Of a stretch of DNA of 64,000 nucleotides, positions 63,135-64,000 are shown piece after piece. The notes beneath the pieces were generated by a model. The model made no database searches and was not told the origin of the DNA. It worked only from the letters and a program-made list of their open reading frames with translations. The stretch is from Oopsacas minuta. Taxonomy: Eukaryota; Animalia; Porifera. Positions within the stretch are counted from its first letter, which is position 1; each line of letters begins with the position of its first letter. The position numbers and the translations under genes were made by a program. The stretch is from assembly GCA_024704765.1 (NCBI GenBank), contig JAKMXF010000316.1, positions 325,908 through 389,907 on the forward strand, written 5' to 3'.

Positions 63135-63823
63135 CTGGGGCGTCGGAACAGGGGGGCTCTGCCTCTACCCCCCCCCCACTTTTGTTGATTTATATTTATT
63201 TATTTATTTTGAGACTATCTAAATGGTGTGATAAATTACAGATATTTCGAAAACATTTTCAGACTGAAACAGTGTAGAACCATGGGGCGTTCAAAATTTA
63301 GTTTCCAATTTCTTTTAAACAGTGTGTTTGGATTCACACCTTTCTGTATTATTTAGACTTATCAAATTCACCTGAGGCATCAGAATCCGTATATTTATAA
63401 TTTCAACCCTCATAGAAAACCCCAATTCGTTAGTTTGTCGAATTTGATAGTTTTACGGTTTAGTTTATGGGCTTTGATTATAATTAATTCCATTTCAAGG
63501 AGCAAAATATCTCAAGACAATTTCCCTAAACACAATTCGGTAACTCCATAATCGTCAGAAGAGGTTTCAACCCTCATGTTTTGATAAGTGGACTTGGCTG
63601 CATTATGATCAACAGGGAGATTTGGCCTTTTGTTATTTGGGTCAACAAGCAGTTAAAGAAAGGAAGTTGCAATATGTATCCAATTCTGATGATGCATTAA
63701 TTCAAAGAGGGTTTTCAAATTGGAAGACTGCTGTAGATAAATTCACTCACACGAAAAAGTGCCACAAAGAATCGATCCTGAGAATTATTACAGCAGCTTC
63801 TACAATGGATAATGTAGCTGAGA
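63135..63823 (+). mobile_element. 5' part of the ZMYM1-type hAT whose remainder lies at 15286-17161
   Basis: TIR CTGGGGCGTCGGAA; TTF finger FQPSCFDKWTWLHYD..AFCYL..GFSNWKTA..H..CHKES; ends at ..DNVAE immediately before the heptamer at 63824. Confidence 0.85.
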
Positions 63824-64000
63824 CACAGTGGCTTAAAATGGGAGTTAGTAAAGAATGAGTATTTTCATTTTGAAATAGACATATATAACACTGCTCAACA
63901 ATTTTTTTCATTTTTTGTTGCATGAGATTTTTCAATTGATTCTATATAATTTTGGGATGCTGATTTCAAATCTGCAATCAGTTTCTTTCTGCATGCTCTA
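63824..64000 (-). mobile_element. Right end of another RAG1-like family B element in inverted orientation; runs off the window
   Basis: CACAGTGGCTTAAAATGGGAGTTAGTAAAGAATGAGTATTTT.ATTTTGAAATAGACATATATAA matches the reverse complement of the 20522 end for ~65 bp (1 mismatch), then diverges. Confidence 0.88.

Overview
AT-rich eukaryotic (metazoan) DNA dominated by nested cut-and-paste DNA transposons. Two host genes have intact, uninterrupted coding regions: C1GALT1-like (48458-49441) and CMTR1 (53345-55966). A degenerate CFAP46-like N-terminal fragment is also present. The compact intron-poor genes and TE repertoire resemble an early-branching animal such as a glass sponge, but this is an unverified impression. 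The main signal is two families of single-gene RAG1-like/Transib transposons, all ending in the exact RSS heptamer CACAGTG. One copy is near-intact with a perfect 5-bp TSD (39278-42391). In both families the two ends are bipartite and asymmetric, with heptamer-to-distal-box spacers of 7/16 and 6/15 bp (a 9-bp difference each time). One family carries a CxxC-x3-GH-x5-C tail resembling the ProtoRAG CTT* motif. Swapped TSDs, a hAT reading frame split between 17161 and 63823, and hAT TIRs now in direct orientation indicate that the 43.3-kb segment 20523-63823 has been inverted between two RAG1-like element ends. Other content: Buster, ZMYM1-type and ZNF862-type hAT elements (one group with 5-bp TSDs), mariner, Tigger/pogo, an intact Tc1, FLYWCH-MULE-RING elements, an intron-containing KRBA2-like integrase and several foldback elements. 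All homology calls come from motif recognition by eye; no database searches were run.
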